From Mobula hypostoma (Eukaryota): 62,000 nt of DNA. This document shows positions 1 through 14,149 of the stretch, piece by piece. Each line of letters opens with the position of its first letter. Position 1 is the stretch's first letter. The DNA is taken from NCBI RefSeq assembly GCF_963921235.1, contig NC_086101.1, forward strand, positions 2,046,001 to 2,108,000, read 5' to 3'. The translations under genes and the position numbers were made by a program. The notes beneath the pieces are model-generated. The model was not told the origin of the DNA, made no database searches, and worked only from the letters and a program-made list of their open reading frames with translations.

Positions 1-571
1 GAGCGGTTCTCTTGGAAAGTTTTCTTGGTCTTCCAGACCTCAACTTGACCTCCACCGTTCCTGTTAACTGCCATTTCTTAATTACATTACTAACTGAAGA
101 AACGGCTACCTGAATACGCTTTGCTATCTTCTTATAGCCTTTTCTCCTGCTTTGTGGGCATCGTTTATTTTAATTTTCAGAGTGCTAGGCATCTGCTTAG
201 AGGAGCCTATGGCAGCTGATTGTTGGGACAAGGTTAGAGGAAGCAGGATATTTATAAAGCTTTGAAATTTGCATCACTTGGCCTTTCCTAACGATGACTG
301 TGAACAAGCCATAGCCCTAACAAACTAATTAAGGTCTGTGACCTTGGTAAAAGTTATATGAGAACTCAAATCCCTTGGGTGCTCCTTTCCTTTTTTTCAC
401 TCTAAAATTGTACAAAACAAAAATAATAAACACTAATCTTGCCTAAAATGTTGAAAAGAATGTTTCAACTTTAACTTTTGACTTTTGGAGATCAATTCAT
501 CTTCTACTCACTTAACTATTCACAGTAACAGAAATTTTGACCGGGGGTGCCCAGACTTTTGCATGCCACTG
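1..571 (-). mobile_element. Tc1/mariner transposon, 5' end (runs off the window's left edge), degenerate
   Basis: Terminal ...GCATGCCACTG at 561-571 followed by TA. Minus strand of ~1-140 reads GYKKIAKR..VIKKWQLTGTVEVKLRSGRPRKLS, the Tc1 paired-like domain with the GRPR motif. The TIR matches the element at 2469. Confidence 0.9.
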
Positions 572-599
572 TATCTGTATTACAGTGGAGTATAGGGAA

Positions 600-3500
600 T
601 TACAGGGGCATGAGAGACGTGTTGGCCAGAATGTACAGGATATATACATCCCAAAGAGAAATATATTCCGAAGGCAAGCAGACACAACTGTGGCTGATGA
701 GAAGTCAACGCCAACATTAAACCCAAAGAGAGGGCATATAATAAAGCAAAAGCTAGTGGGACATTAGAGAATTGGGAAGCTTTTAAAAACCAACAGTAGG
801 CATCTAAAGAAAGTCATTAAGAAGAAAGAGGTGGAATACAAAAGTAAGCTTGCCAGTACATTTAAAGATGATACAAAAAGTTCCTTCAGATACGTGAAGT
901 GTAAAAGAGAAGCGAGAGTGGATATTGGACCACTGGAACACGATGCTGGAAAGGTAGTAATGGGGGGGGGGTGGAATGGCGGACGAACAGAATAAATACT
1001 TTGCATGAGTCTGGCTGAAGTTCTAGAGTGTCGGGGCATAAAGTGTGAAGTTGCCATTACTAGAGAGAAGGTTCTTGGGAAACTGAACGGTTTGAAAGTA
1101 GATAAGTCACCTGGTCCAGATTGTGTACACCCCAGGATTATCAAAGAGTTGGATGAAGAAATAGTGAAGGTATTAGTAATGATCTTTCAAGAATCACTAG
1201 ATTCTGGAAAACTGGAAAATTACAAATGTCACTCTGATCTTCAGGAAGGGAGAGAGGTAGAAGAAAGGAAACTACAGGCCAGTTGGTCTAACCTCAGTGG
1301 TTGAGATGTTAGAGTTGATTGTTAAGGATGGTGATTTGGGGTACTTGGAGGCACAGGATAAAATAAGCCATAGTCAGCATAGTTTCGTGAAGGGAAAATC
1401 TTGCCTGACAAATCTGTTGGGATTCTTTGGAAAAATAACACCTAGAATAGACAAAGGAGATTTGGTGGATGTTATATACTTGTGTTTTCAGAAGGCCTTT
1501 GACAAGGTGCCACATTTGAGGCTGCTTAACAAGTTAAGAACCTGTGGTATTACAGGAAAGATGCTAGCGTGGAAAAAGCAGTGTCTGGTTGTCAGGAGGC
1601 AAAGAGTGGGAATAAAGGGCACCCTTTCCGGTTGGCTGCGGTGACTATTGGTTTGGTATTCTACAGGAGCCTGTGTAGGGACTGATTCTTTTTACATTAT
1701 GTGAGATGGCAGAATTGCTGGCTTTGTTGTAAAGTTTGCATACGATATGAAGATAGTTGGTGGGGCAGGTAGTTTTGAGGAAGTAGAGCGGCTGCAGAAG
1801 GACTTACACAGATTGGGAAAATGGGCAAAGAAGTGGTAGATGGAATACAGTGTTGGGAAGTGTATGGTCATGTGCTTTGGTAGAAGAAATGAAAGGGTAG
1901 ACTGTTTTCTAAATGGAGAGAAAATGCAAAAAACTGGGGTACAAAGGGGCTTGGTCCTCATGCAGGGTTCCCGAAAGGTTAATTTGCAGGTTCAGTTGGT
2001 GGAGAGGAAGGCAAATGTGATGTTAGTATTCATTTCAAAGGACTGGAGCCTAAAAGAAAGGATGTAATGGTGGACTTTATAAAGCAGTAGTGAGACCTCA
2101 CTTGGGAGTTTTGTGAGCAGGTTTGGGCCCGTTGCTTTATCTTACAAAGGATGTGCTGATACTGGAGAGTGTTCAAAGAAGGTTCACAAACTGCTTGTTA
2201 TATGAAAACTATATGGCTCAGGGCCTGTATTCACTGGAGTTCAGAAGAATGAAGGGTGACCTCATTGAAACTTACGAATGGTGAAAGGCCTTGACAGAGT
2301 GGATGTGGAGAGATGTTGCCTGTGGTGGGAGAGTGTAGGACCAGAGGACACAGCCTCAGAGTAGAGGGGGCGTCCTTTTCGAATGGAGAGGAGGAATTTC
2401 TTTAGCCAGATAGTGGTGAATCTGTGGAATTCTTTGCCCCGGGCAGCTGTGGAGACCGTCTTTATGTACAGTGGCATGCAGAAGTTTGGGCACCCCGGCC
2501 AAAATTTCTGTTACTGTGAATAGCTAAGCGAGTAAAAGATGAACTGATTTCCAAAAGGCATGAAGTTACAGATGACACATTCCCTTAATATTTTTAAGCA
2601 AGAAAACTTTTTTATTTCCATCTTTTACAGTTTCAAAATAGCAAAAAAAGTAAAGTGCCCAAAGCAAAAGTTTGGGCACCCTGCTTGGCAGTACTTAGTA
2701 ACACCCCCTTTGGCAAGTATTCACAGCTTGTAAATGCTTTTTGTAGCCAGCTAAGAGTCTTTCAATTCTTGTTTGGGGGATTTTCACCCATTCTTCCTTG
2801 CAAAAGACTTCCAGTTCTGTGAGATTCTTGGGCCATCTTGCATGCACTGCTCTTTTGAGGTCTGTCCACAGATTTTCGATGACGTTTAGGTCAGGGGACT
2901 GTGAGGGCCATGGCAAAACCTTCAGCTTGCACCTCTTGAGGTAGTCCATTGTGGATTTTGAGCTGTGTTTAGGTTCATTATCCTGTTGTAGAAGCCATCC
3001 TCTTTTCATCTTTGGCTTTTTTACAGACGGTGTGATGTTTGCTTCCAGAATTTGCCGGTATTTATTTGAATTCATTCTTCCCTCTACCAGTAAATGTTCC
3101 CCGTGCCACTGGCTGCAACACAAGCCCAAAGCATGATCGATCTACCCCTGTGATCATTGCTGATTGTGGCCAAAAAGTTCTATTCAAAAGGCTCAAAGGA
3201 ACATCTAAACAAGCCTGATGCATTTTGGAAACAAGTCCTGTGGACTGATGAAGTTAAAATAGAACTTTTTGGAGAATGAATTCAATTAAATACCAGCAAG
3301 TTCTGGAAGCAAACATCACACCGTCTGTAAAAAAAAAGCCGAAGATGAAAAGAGGATGGCTTCTACAACAGGATAATGATCCTAAACACACCTCAAAATC
3401 CACAATGGACTATCTCAAGAGGCGCAAGATGAAGGTTTTGCCATGGCCCTCACAGTCCCCCGACCTAAACGTCATCGAGAATCTGTGGATAGACCTCAAA

Positions 3501-4015
3501 AGAGCAGTGCATGCAAGATGGCCCAAGAATCTCACAGAACTAGAAGCCTTTTGCAAAGAAGAAGGGGCGAAAATCCCCCAAACAAGAATTGAAAGACTCT
3601 TAGCTGGCTACAAAAAGCGTTTACAAGCTGTGAATACTTGCCAAAGGGGGTGTTACTAAGTACTGCCAAGCAGGGTGCCCAAACTTTTGCTTTGGGCACT
3701 TTACTTTTTTTGCTATTTTGAAACTGTAAAAGATGGAAATAAAATTTTCTTAAAATATTAAGGAAATGTGTCATCTTTAACTTCATGCCTTTTGGAAATC
3801 AGTTCGTCTTTTACTCGCTTAGCTATTCACAGTAACAAATTTTGGCCGGGGTGCCCAAACTTTTGCATGCCACTGTATATTTAAGGCAGAGGTTGATGGC
3901 TTCTCGACTGGTCAGGGCATGAAGAGATACGGGGAAAAGGCAGGAGATTGAATCAGCTATGATAGATTAAACTCAGTGGGTCAAATAGCCTAATTCTGCT
4001 CTGATATCTTACGGT
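600..4015 (+). mobile_element. Old CR1 LINE (RT region and 3' end), split by the Tc1 derivative at 2469-3875
   Basis: Broken ORFs with KSPGPD, QHSFVKGKSCLTNL and KAFDKVPH motifs. CR1 3' sequence resumes directly after the Tc1 insertion. Confidence 0.85.
2469..3875. mobile_element. Non-autonomous fold-back Tc1 (IR/DR type) made of two inverted 3' halves
   Basis: TA|CAGTGGCATGCA...TGCATGCCACTG|TA. Arms 2469-3078 and 3273-3875 are reverse complements, each coding QQDN(D/E)PKH..WPSQSPDLNVIENLW. Direct repeat AAGTTTGGGCACCC occurs twice per arm. Confidence 0.93.
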
Positions 4016-4646
4016 CTGCTGGTCCCTGTGGTGCCCCACGAGTGCTGGTGAATCTGTTCTACACTCTCTAAAGCCTGCACACCTATCCAATCTGAACTGA
4101 ATGCAATACTCCAAATGTGGCCCAGCTAGACAAATGAAAGCAAACAGTGCAATACACCACCTTCATCGTCCTTTTAACCTGTGCAGCAATGAGCTTGGAC
4201 TCCACGATCTCTCTGTACATCAACACTGTTGAGGGCCTTGCCATCAAGACCATATGACATGAGCAGAATTAGACCATTTGTCCGATTGAGTCTGCTCTGC
4301 CATTCAATCAACCCCTTCTATTTTCTCTCTCAACCCCTCTCTCCTGCTTTTCCCTCCAGACCTTTGATGCCCTTACTAAACTAGTCCCTATCTACCTCCA
4401 CCTCAAATATACCCGATGACTTGGCCTCCACAGGCATCTGTGGCAATAATTAATCACCTTCTGTTGTAATGGACCATGCATCTTCTGGTTACTCGTGCCA
4501 TCAGAGACTGTGATAAACTCCCTAAAATCAACATAGGCAGCGTCTGCAGCTGTGCCTTCATCAATCGCCTTTGTTACCTATCAAAATACACATTAGTGAG
4601 ATATGACGTGCCCTTTGCAAAACCAGAAGGTCCCTGAGTAAAACAT

Positions 4647-6885
4647 AGAAACATAGAAAATAGGTGCAGGAGTAGGCCATTCGGCCCTTCGAGCCTGCAC
4701 CGCCATTTATTATGATCATGGCTGATCATCCAACTCAGAACCCCGCCCCAGCCTTCCCTCCATACCCCCTGATCCCTGTAGCCACAGGGGCCATATCTAA
4801 CTCCCTCTTAAACATAGCCAATGAACTGGCCTCAACAGTTTCCTGTGGCAGAGAATTCCACAGATTCACCACTCTCTGTGTGAAGAAGTTTTTCCTAATC
4901 TCGGTCCTAAAAGGCTTCCGCTCTATCCTCAAACTGTGACCCCTAGTTCTGGACTTCCCCAACATCGGGAACAATCTTCCTGCATCTAGCCTGTCCAATC
5001 CCTTTAGGATCTTATACGTTTCAATCAGATCCCCCCTCAATCTTCTAAATTCCAACGCGTACAAGCCCAGTTCATCCAGTCTTTCTTCATATGAAAGTCC
5101 TGCCATCCCAGGAATCAATCTGGTGAACCTTCTTTGTACTCCCTCTATGGCAAAGATGTCTTTCCTCAGATTAGGGGACCAAAACTGCACACAATACTCC
5201 AGGTGTGGTCTCACCAAGGCCTTGTACAACTGCAGTAGTACCTCCCTGCTCCTGTACTCGAATCCTCTCGCTATAAATGCCAGCATACCATTCGCCTTTT
5301 TCACCGCCTGCTGTACCTGCATGCCCACTTTCAATGACTGGTGTATAATGACACCCAGGTCTCGTTGCACCTCCCCTTTTCCTAATCGGCCACCATTCAG
5401 ATAATAATCTGTTTTCCTATTTTTGCCACCAAAGTGGATAACTTCACATTTATCCACATTAAATTGCATCTGCCATGAGTTTGCCCACTCACCCAACCTA
5501 TCCAAGTCACCCTACATCCTCTTAGCATCCTCCTCACTGCTAACACTGCCACCCAGCTTCGTGTCATCCGCAAACTTGGAGATGCTGCATTTAATTCCCT
5601 CATCCAAGTCATTAATATATATTGTAAACAACTGGGGTCCCAGCACTGAGCCTTGCGGTACCCCACTTAGTCACCGCCTGCCATTCTGAAAAGGTCCCAT
5701 TTATTCCCACTCTTTGCTTCCTGTCTGCTAACCAATTCTCCACCCACACCAATACCTTACCCCCAATACCGTGTGCTTTAAGTTTGCACACTAATCTCCT
5801 GTGTGGGACCTTGTCAAAAGCCTTTTGAAAATCCAAATATACCACATCCACTGGTTCTCCCCTATCCACTCTACTAGTTACATCCTCAAAAAATTCTATG
5901 AGATTCGTCAGACATGATTTTCCTTTCACAAATCCATGCTGACTTTGTCCGATCATTTCACCGCTTTCCAAATGTGCTGTTATCACATCCTTGATAACTG
6001 ACTCCAGCAGTTTCCCCACCACCGACGTTAGGCTAACCGGTCTATAATTCCCCGGTTTCTCTCTCCCTCCTTTTTTAAAAAGTGGGGTTACATTAGCCAC
6101 CCTCCAATCCTCAGGAACTAGTCCAGAATCTAACGAGTTTTGAAAAATTATCATTAATGCATCCACTATTTCCTGGGCTACTTCCTTAAGCACTCTAGGA
6201 TGCAGACCATCTGGCCCTGGGGATTTATCTGCCTTCAATCCCTTCAATTTACCTAACACCACTTCCCTACTAACATGTATTTCACTCAGTTCCTCCATCT
6301 CACTGGACCCTCTGTCCCTTACTATTTCTGGAAGATTATTTATGTCCTCCTTAGTGAAGACAGAACCAAAGTAATTATTCAATTGGTCTGCCATGTCCTT
6401 GCTCCCCATAATCAATTCACCTGTTTCTGTCTGTAGGGGACCTACATTTGTCTTTACCAGTCTTTTCCTTTTTACATATCTATAAAAGCTTTTACAGTCC
6501 ATTTTTATGTTCCCTGCCAGTTTTCTCTCATAATCTTTTTTCCCCTTCCTAATTAAGCCCTTTGTCCTCCTCTGCTGAACTCTGAATTTCTCCCAGTCCT
6601 CAGGTGAGCCACTTTCTCTGGCTAATTTGTATGCTTCTTCTTTGGAATTGATACTATCCCTAATTTCTCTTGTCAGCCACGGGTGCACTACCTTCCTTGA
6701 TTTATTCTTTTGCCAAACTGGGATGAACAATTGTTGTAGTTCATCCATGCAATCTTTAAATGCTTGCCATTGCATATCCACTGTCAACCCTTTAAGTGTC
6801 ATTTGCCAGTCTATCTTAGCTAATTCACGTCTCATACCTTCAAAGTTACCCCTCTTTAAGTTCAGAACCTTTGTTTCTGAATTAA
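4647..6885 (-). mobile_element. Young 5'-truncated CR1 LINE (family A)
   Basis: RT ORF pieces 5612-6967 and 4735-5505. (TTCTATGT)n-type tail at ~4641-4660. TAAAACAT on both flanks (4639-4646, 6883-6890) is a probable TSD. Confidence 0.95.
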
Positions 6886-6899
6886 AACATGGTTTACAA

Positions 6900-9770
6900 A
6901 AGACTATAAGACATTGGACCAGGATGAAGGCATTCGGCTCATCAAGTTTGCTTTGCCATTTCCTCATGGCTGATCCATTTCCCCCTCAGCTGCAGTCTCC
7001 TGCCTTCTCCCTGTAACCTTTCATACCCTGACTAATTAAAAACCTATCAAACTCAGCATTAAATACATCTGGCCTCCACAACAACTTGTGGCAACAGATT
7101 CCACTGATTCACCACCCTCTGGCTAAAGAATTTCCTGCTCTTCTCCATTCTGAAGCAACGTCCCTCTATTCCAAGGCTGTGCCCTCTGTTCCTAGACTCA
7201 GCACAACAGGAAACATCCTCTCAACATCCACTTTATCTACACCTTTCACTTTCAAAGGGTTTCAATGAGATATTGCCCCCCCCCCACCAAATGCAAGTGA
7301 ATAAAGGCCTGGTTCCCTCAAACGCTCCACATTCTTTGAGGAGATTACAAGTCAGATAGATAAAGGGGATGCAGTGGATGTTGTATATTTGGTCTTTTAG
7401 AAGGCCTTTGACAAGGTGCTTACCACGTTAAGAGCCCATGGTATTAAAGGAAAGTTACTAACATGGGTAAAGCATTGGCTGATTGGTAGGAGGCAGTGAG
7501 TGGGAATAAAAGGATCCTTTTCTGGTTGGCTGCCAGTGACTAGTGGTGTTCCTCAGGGGTCGATGTTGGGACCACTTCTTTTTATGTTGTATATCAATGA
7601 TTTAGATGATGGAGTAGATGGCTTTGTTGCCAGGTTTGTAGATGATACGAAGATTGGTGGAGGGGGCAGGTATTGATGAAGAAACAGGTAGGAAGCAGAA
7701 GGACTTAGACAGATTAGGAGAATGGGCAAGAAAGTGGCAAATGAAATACAATGTTGGAAAGTGCATGGTCATGCACTTTGGTAGTAGAAATAAGTTGCAG
7801 ACTATTTTCTAAACGGGGAGAAAACCCAGGAATCTGAGATGCAGAGGGACTTGGGAGTCCTTGAGCAGGTTAACTTGTAGGTTGAGTCAGTGGTGAGGAA
7901 GGCAAATGCCATGTTAGCATTCATTTCAAGAGGTCTAGAATACAAGAGCAGGGATGTGATGCTGAGACTTTCTGAGGCACTGGTGAGGCCTCAGCTTGAA
8001 TATTGTGATCAGTTTTGGGCTCCTCATCTTAGAAGAGATGTACTGGCATTGGAGAGGGTCCAGAGAAGGTTCACAAGGATGCTTCCAGGAATGAAAGGGT
8101 ATCATATGAGGAATGTTTGATGGCTTTGGGTCTGTACTTGCTGGAATTCAGAAGGATGGGGGAGGATCTCATTGAAATCTTTCAAATGTTAAAAGGCCGA
8201 GACAGAGTAGATGTGGAAAGGATGTTTCCCATGGTGGAAGAATCTAGGACAAGAAGGCACAACCTCAGGATAGAGGGGCGCCCTTTCTAAACAGATGTGG
8301 AGAAATTTCTTTAGCCAAATAGTGGTGAATGTGGAATTTGTTACCACGTGCAGCTGTGAAGGCCAGGTCGTTGGGTGTATTTAAGGCGGAGATTGATGGC
8401 TTCTTGATTGGACATGATGTCAAAGGTTATGGGGAGAAGGCAGGAACTGGGGTTGAGGAGGAGAAAATAAAAGGATCAGCCATGAGTAAATGGCGGGACA
8501 GGCTTGATGGGCCAGGTGGCCTAATTCTGCTCCCTTATGGTCTTATATGATAAGCCTTTCCTTCCCGGAGTCATTCTCATGAGCCTCCTCTGAACTCTCT
8601 CCAGTGCTAGCACATATTTTCTTAAATAAGGGGTCCAAAACTGCTCACGGTACTCCAGGTAAGGCTTCACCAATAAAGCATCAGTATTGCATTCCTGCTT
8701 TTATATTCTACTCTTCTTGGGGTCTGTGTCCATAGGACATAGAATCGGAAATCTACAGCACATTTCTGGAATGAGGAAAAACCCTCTGGCTATCCACATG
8801 TTCAGTGCCTCTCATCGTCTTATTCAGGTCACCTCTCATCTTTTGTCTCGAAAGGGAAAAGGCCAAGTTCACTCAGCCTATTCTCATAAGGCTTGCTCTC
8901 CAATCCAGGCAACGTCCTTGTAGATCTCTTCTGCACTCTCTCTATAGTATCCACATCCTTCCTGTAATAAAGAACTGAACACAGCACTTCGAGTGGAGTC
9001 TAACTAAGGGCTTATGTAGCTGTAACATTACCTCACAGCTCTTGAACTCAGTCTCGTTGTTGATGAAGGCCATCACACAATAAGCCTTCTTAACAACACC
9101 GTCAACCTGCACAGCAGCTTTGAGTGTCCCCGAGGTCTCGCTGATCCTCCACACTGCCAAGATTCATACCATTAGTATTATGTTCTGTCTTCAAATGTGT
9201 GCTACGGAAATGAACCACTTCACACTTATCTGGGTTAAACTCCATCTGCCACTTCTCAGCCCAGTTCTGAATCCTATTGATGTCCTTTTGTAACCCTCCA
9301 GCCTATCACAACACCCCCAACTTTTGTGTCATCAGCAAACTTATGTCCTTATCGAGGTCGTTTATAAAAATCACTGCATACTCAACCTGGAAATTAACTT
9401 TTAGGAAGTCCTGCGTGAGGATCCCAAGTCCCTTTGCACCTCAGTTTTTTGGATTTTCTCCCCGTTTAGAAAATGGTCTATGCTTTTATTACTTATAGCA
9501 AAGCACATGACCATACACTTACTGACACTATATTCTGTTTGCCACTTCATTGCTCATTCTCCTAATTTGTCCATTTTCCCTACTTCCTCACTTCCTCAAA
9601 ACTACCTGCCATCCACCTAACTGTACTGTCTGCAAACCTGGCCACAAAGCCATCAATACTGTTATCATTGACAAATATCATGAAAAGAATCGGTCCCAAG
9701 ACCATCCCCTGTAGAACACCACTAGTCACCAGCAGCCAAGCAGATTGCTCCCTTTATTCTCACTCTGCCT
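6900..9770. mobile_element. Nested decayed CR1 fragments (minus-strand host; + insert ~7330-8530; second minus-strand family ~8735-9370)
   Basis: RT C-terminal motifs (LVRPQLEYC, ALERVQRRFTRM) in both orientations. Boundaries approximate. Confidence 0.75.
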
Positions 9771-9776
9771 TTTGCA

Positions 9777-11985
9777 TATAGACAATAGGTGCAGGAGTAG
9801 GCCATTCGGCCCTTCGATCCAGCACCGCCATTCACTGTGATCATGGCTGATCATCCACAATCAGTATCCAGTTCCTGCCTTATACCCATAACCTTTGATT
9901 CCACTATCTTTAAGAGCTCTATCCATCTCTCTTTTGAAAGCATCCAGAGACTTGGCCTCCATAGCCTTCTGGGGCAGAGCGTTCCATATATCCACCACTC
10001 TCTGGGTGAAAAAGTTTTTACTCAACTCCATTCTAAATGGCCTACCCCTAATTCTTAAACTGTGGCCTCTGGTTCTGGACTCACCCATCAGCGGTAACAT
10101 GCTTCCTGCCTGCAGTGTGTCCAATCTCTTTAATAATTTTATATGTTTCAATAAGATCCCCTCTCAGCCTTCTAAATTCCAGAGTATACAAGCCCAGTCG
10201 CTCTAATCTTTCGACATATGACAGTCCCGCCATCCCGGGAATTAACCTTGTGAACCTATGCTGCACTCCCTCTATAGCAAGAATGTCCTTCCTCAAATTT
10301 GGAGACCAAAACTGCACACAGTACTCCAGGTGTGGTCTCACCAGGGCCGTGTACAGCTGCAGAAGGACCTCTTTGCTCTTATACTCAATTCCCCTTGTTA
10401 TGAAGGCCAGCATGCCATTAGCTTTCTTCACTGCCTGCTGTACTTGCATGCTTGCTTCCAGTGACTGATGTACAAGAGCACCTAGATCTCGTTGTGCTTC
10501 CCCTTTTCCTAACTTGACTCCATTTAGATAATAATCTGCCTTCCTGTTCTTGCCACCAAAGTGGATAACCTCACATTTATCCACATTAAACTGCATCTGC
10601 CCACTCACGCAGCCTGTCCAAGTCACCCTGCATACTCATAACATCCTCGTCACATTTCACACTGCCACCCAGCTTTGTGTCATGGGCAAATTTGCTAATG
10701 TTACTTTTATTTCCCTCATCTAAATCATTAATATATATTGTAAACAGCTGCGGTCCCAGCCCCGAACCCTGCGGTACCCCACTGGTCACCGCCTGCCATT
10801 CCGAAAGGGACCCGTTAATCGCTGCTCTTTGTTTTCTGTCAGCCAGCCAATTTTCAATCCATGTCAGTACTCTGCCCCCAATACCATGTGCCCTAATTTT
10901 CCCCACTAATCTCCTATGTGGGATTTTATCAAAGGCTTTCTGAAAGTCCAGGTACACTACATCCACTGGCTCTCCCTTGTCCATTTTCATAGTTACATCC
11001 TCAAAAAATTCCAGAAGATTAGTCAAGCACGATTTCCCCTTCATAGATCCATGCTGACTCAGACCGATCCTGTTACTACTATCCAGCTGTGTCGTAATTT
11101 CATCTTTTATAATTGACTCCAGCGTCTTTCCCACCACCGACGTCAGGCTAACCAGTCTATAATTCCCTGTTTTCTCTCTTCCTCCCTTCTTGAAGAGAGG
11201 GACATTAGCCACCCTCCAATCCACAGGAACTGATCCTGAATCTATAGAACATTGGAAAATGATTACCAATGCGTCCACGATTTCTAAAGCCACCTCCTTA
11301 AGTACCCTGGGATGCAGACCATCAGGTCCCGGGGACTTATCAGCCTTCAAACCCAACAGCCTATCCAACACCATTTCCCGCCTAAATTTCCTTCAGTTCA
11401 TCCATTACCCTAGGTCCTTTGGCCACTATTATACCTGGGAGATTGTTTGTGTCTTCCCTAGTGAAGACAGATCCAAAGTACCTGTTCAACTCACCTGTCA
11501 TTTCCTTGTTCTCCGTAATAAATTCACCGGCTTCTGTCTTCATGGGCCCAATTTTGGTCTTAACTATTTTTTTCCTTTTCACATACCTAAAGAAGCTTTT
11601 ACTATCCTCCTTTATATTCTTGGCTAGTTTACCTTTGTACCTCATTTTTTCTCAGTGTATTGCCTTTTTAGTTATCTTCTGTTGCTCTTTAAAAGTTTCC
11701 CAATCCTCCGGCTTCCCACTCGTCTTTGCTACATTATACTTCTTCTCTTTTATTTTTATACTGTCCATTACTTCCCTTGTCAGCCACGGCCTCCCCTTAC
11801 TCCCCTTAGGATCTTTCTTCCTCTTTGGAATGAACTGATCCTGCAGCTTCCGCATTATTCCCAGTAACACTTGCCATCGCTGTTCCACTGTCATCCCTGC
11901 TAGGGTATTGTTCCATTGAACTTTGGCCAGCTCCTCCCTCATAGCACCATAGTTCCCTTTGTTCAACTGTAATACTGACACTTCC
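9777..11985 (-). mobile_element. 5'-truncated CR1 LINE (family B), frameshifted
   Basis: Consecutive RT ORF pieces 11652-12008, 11382-11645, 10586-11374, 10081-10626 and 9861-10151; 3' tail at ~9777-9790. Confidence 0.93.
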
Positions 11986-11999
11986 AAGTCAACCGCTGC

Positions 12000-13230
12000 T
12001 TTATCCATTCTAGTATGCCATGGGCTCTTAACTTGTTCAGCAGCCTCATTTGTGGCATTTTGTCAAAGGCCTTCTACCAATTCTTCTTTGTCTTTCCTGC
12101 TTGATTTTTCCTTAAGGGAAAACATGCTGACTTCAGTCTGTTTCACCATATGCCTTCAAGTACCCTGAAACCACATCCTCGCATGACTGTAACATTTTCC
12201 CAACCACTGAGGTCAGGCTAACCAGCCTATAATTTCCGTTCTTCTGTCTTCCTCCCTTCTTGAAGATTGGATTGCTATTTGCAATTTTCCTGTCCTCCAG
12301 AACCATGCCAAAATCCATTGATTCCTGAAAGATAATTACTAATGTCTCCACAATCTCTTCAGTCATGTCTTTCAGAACCTTAGGGTGTATTCCATCTGAT
12401 CCAGGTGACTTACTTACCTACCTTCAAACCTTTCAGATTTCCAAGCATCATCATCTTCGTAATGACGACTTCACTCCCTTCTGCCCACTGACACTCTTGA
12501 ATTTCTGGCACACTCCTAGTGTCTTTCATAGTAAAGCCTGATGCAAAATACTTAGTTTGTTCATCATTTCCTTGTCCCACCATTAATACCTGTCTAGCAT
12601 CATTGTCCAGTGGCCAATATCTACTCTCATCTCTCTTGTACTCTTTATATATTTGAAAAATTTTTGGTATCCCCTTTAATATTATTGGCTAGCCCACTGG
12701 AAATATGCCCTCACTTTTGCGTTTATGTTGGTTTGGGCTTTGTCATCCACGGTTCCGTCATCCTGCCTTTAGAATACTACTACTACTTAGAGATAGATGT
12801 ATGTAGCTATCCTGTGCCTTCTGAATTTCCCCAGAAACTCCAGCCCTGCTCGTGTCCCCTTCAAAGTCAAATTTGGCCAGCTCTACTCTCATGCCTCTTC
12901 AATTCCCTTTTCCCCATTGTAATACTTGTACATCTGACTTCAGCTTCTCCTTCTCAAATTGCAGGATGAAATCTATCTTACTATGATTACTGCCTCCTAA
13001 GGGTGCATTTACCTTGAGCTCAGTAATCAAATCTGGTACTTTATGTAACATCCAATCTAGAATAGCTGATCCTTTAGTGGGCTCAACAAGCTGCCCTAAA
13101 AACCCATCTCATAAGCAATCTACAAATTCTCTCTCTTGGGCACAACCTGATTTTCCCAGTCTACCTGTATATTGAAATCCCCATGTCTATCATAACAGTA
13201 CCCTTTTGACATACCTTTTCTAGCTCCTGC
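12000..13230 (-). mobile_element. Old CR1 (continuation of the host element, RT N-terminus to endonuclease)
   Basis: ORF 12133-12366 PIFKKGGRQKNGNYRLVSLTSVVGK; decayed endonuclease-region sequence further right. Confidence 0.75.
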
Positions 13231-13314
13231 CTTAAGATGTTAAAGAACTCAGTGGCTTGGGCAGTGTATGAGATGCTCTTTTGGCCTCTGCCTGGCCGAA
13301 GATTGCCAGCATTT

Positions 13315-13855
13315 CGGAATCAAAATCAGGTTTAATATCACCGGCATGTGACGTGAAATTTGTTAACTTAGCAGCAGCAGTTCAGCACAATACATAATAT
13401 AGAAGAGAAAGTAAATAAAATTAATAATAATAAATAAGTAAATCACTTACAGTGTACTACATGTATTGAATAGATTAAAAACGTTAAAAAAACAAATATA
13501 TATTTTTAAAAGTGATGTCATGTTCACGGGTTCAATGCCTATTTAGGAATCGGATGGCAGAGGGGAAAAAGCTGTTTCTGAATCGGTGAGTGTGTGCTTC
13601 AGGCCAGTACCTTTCTGAGACACCGCTCCCTGGAGATGTCCTGGGTACTTTGTAGGCTGGTACCCAGGATGGAGCCGACCAGATTTACAACCTTCTGCAG
13701 CTTCTTTTGGTCCTGTGAAGTAGCCCCTCCATACCAGACAGTGATGCAGCCTGTCAGAATGCTGTCCACAGTACATCTACAGTTTTTGGGTGTATTTATT
13801 GACATGCCAGATTTCTTCAAACTCCTAAAGAAGTATAACTGCTGTCTTGCCTTCT
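13315..13855 (-). mobile_element. Rex1/Babar-like non-LTR retrotransposon 3' fragment
   Basis: KARQQLYFFRSLKKSGM...SILTGCITVWYG is the RT C-terminal motif of this clade; followed by an AT-rich 3' UTR. Confidence 0.75.
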
Positions 13856-14149
13856 TTTGCAGCCTCTTGTCTATCTTCTTCACACTGTCAACACCTCAGC
13901 CTTCTGATTCACTCAGTCCTTCCCTCGCTATTCAGAACACAAGCCAAGCCTGTCCAGCCTTTCTTCACAAGACAACCTGTGCCTTCGTAAACCTTTACTG
14001 CCTCTTGACTGTGGACACTAGTGGTTCAAGCAGTTTATTGTGTACTAAGCCACTGTGCCGCTGTGAAACTAACGCTGAGGATCTCTGAATTGTTCTATCC
14101 GATTAATGTCCATCCTTCATGGTGTGACCTGCATGGTGGTGTTGCAGTT

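Noticed and set aside
5123..5689. Recurrent ORFs such as MNLLCTPSMA..., MPPKWITSHL... and MGYRKAQCW... seen at several loci
   Set aside because: Antisense or off-frame shadows of CR1 ORF2, repeated because the element is repeated.
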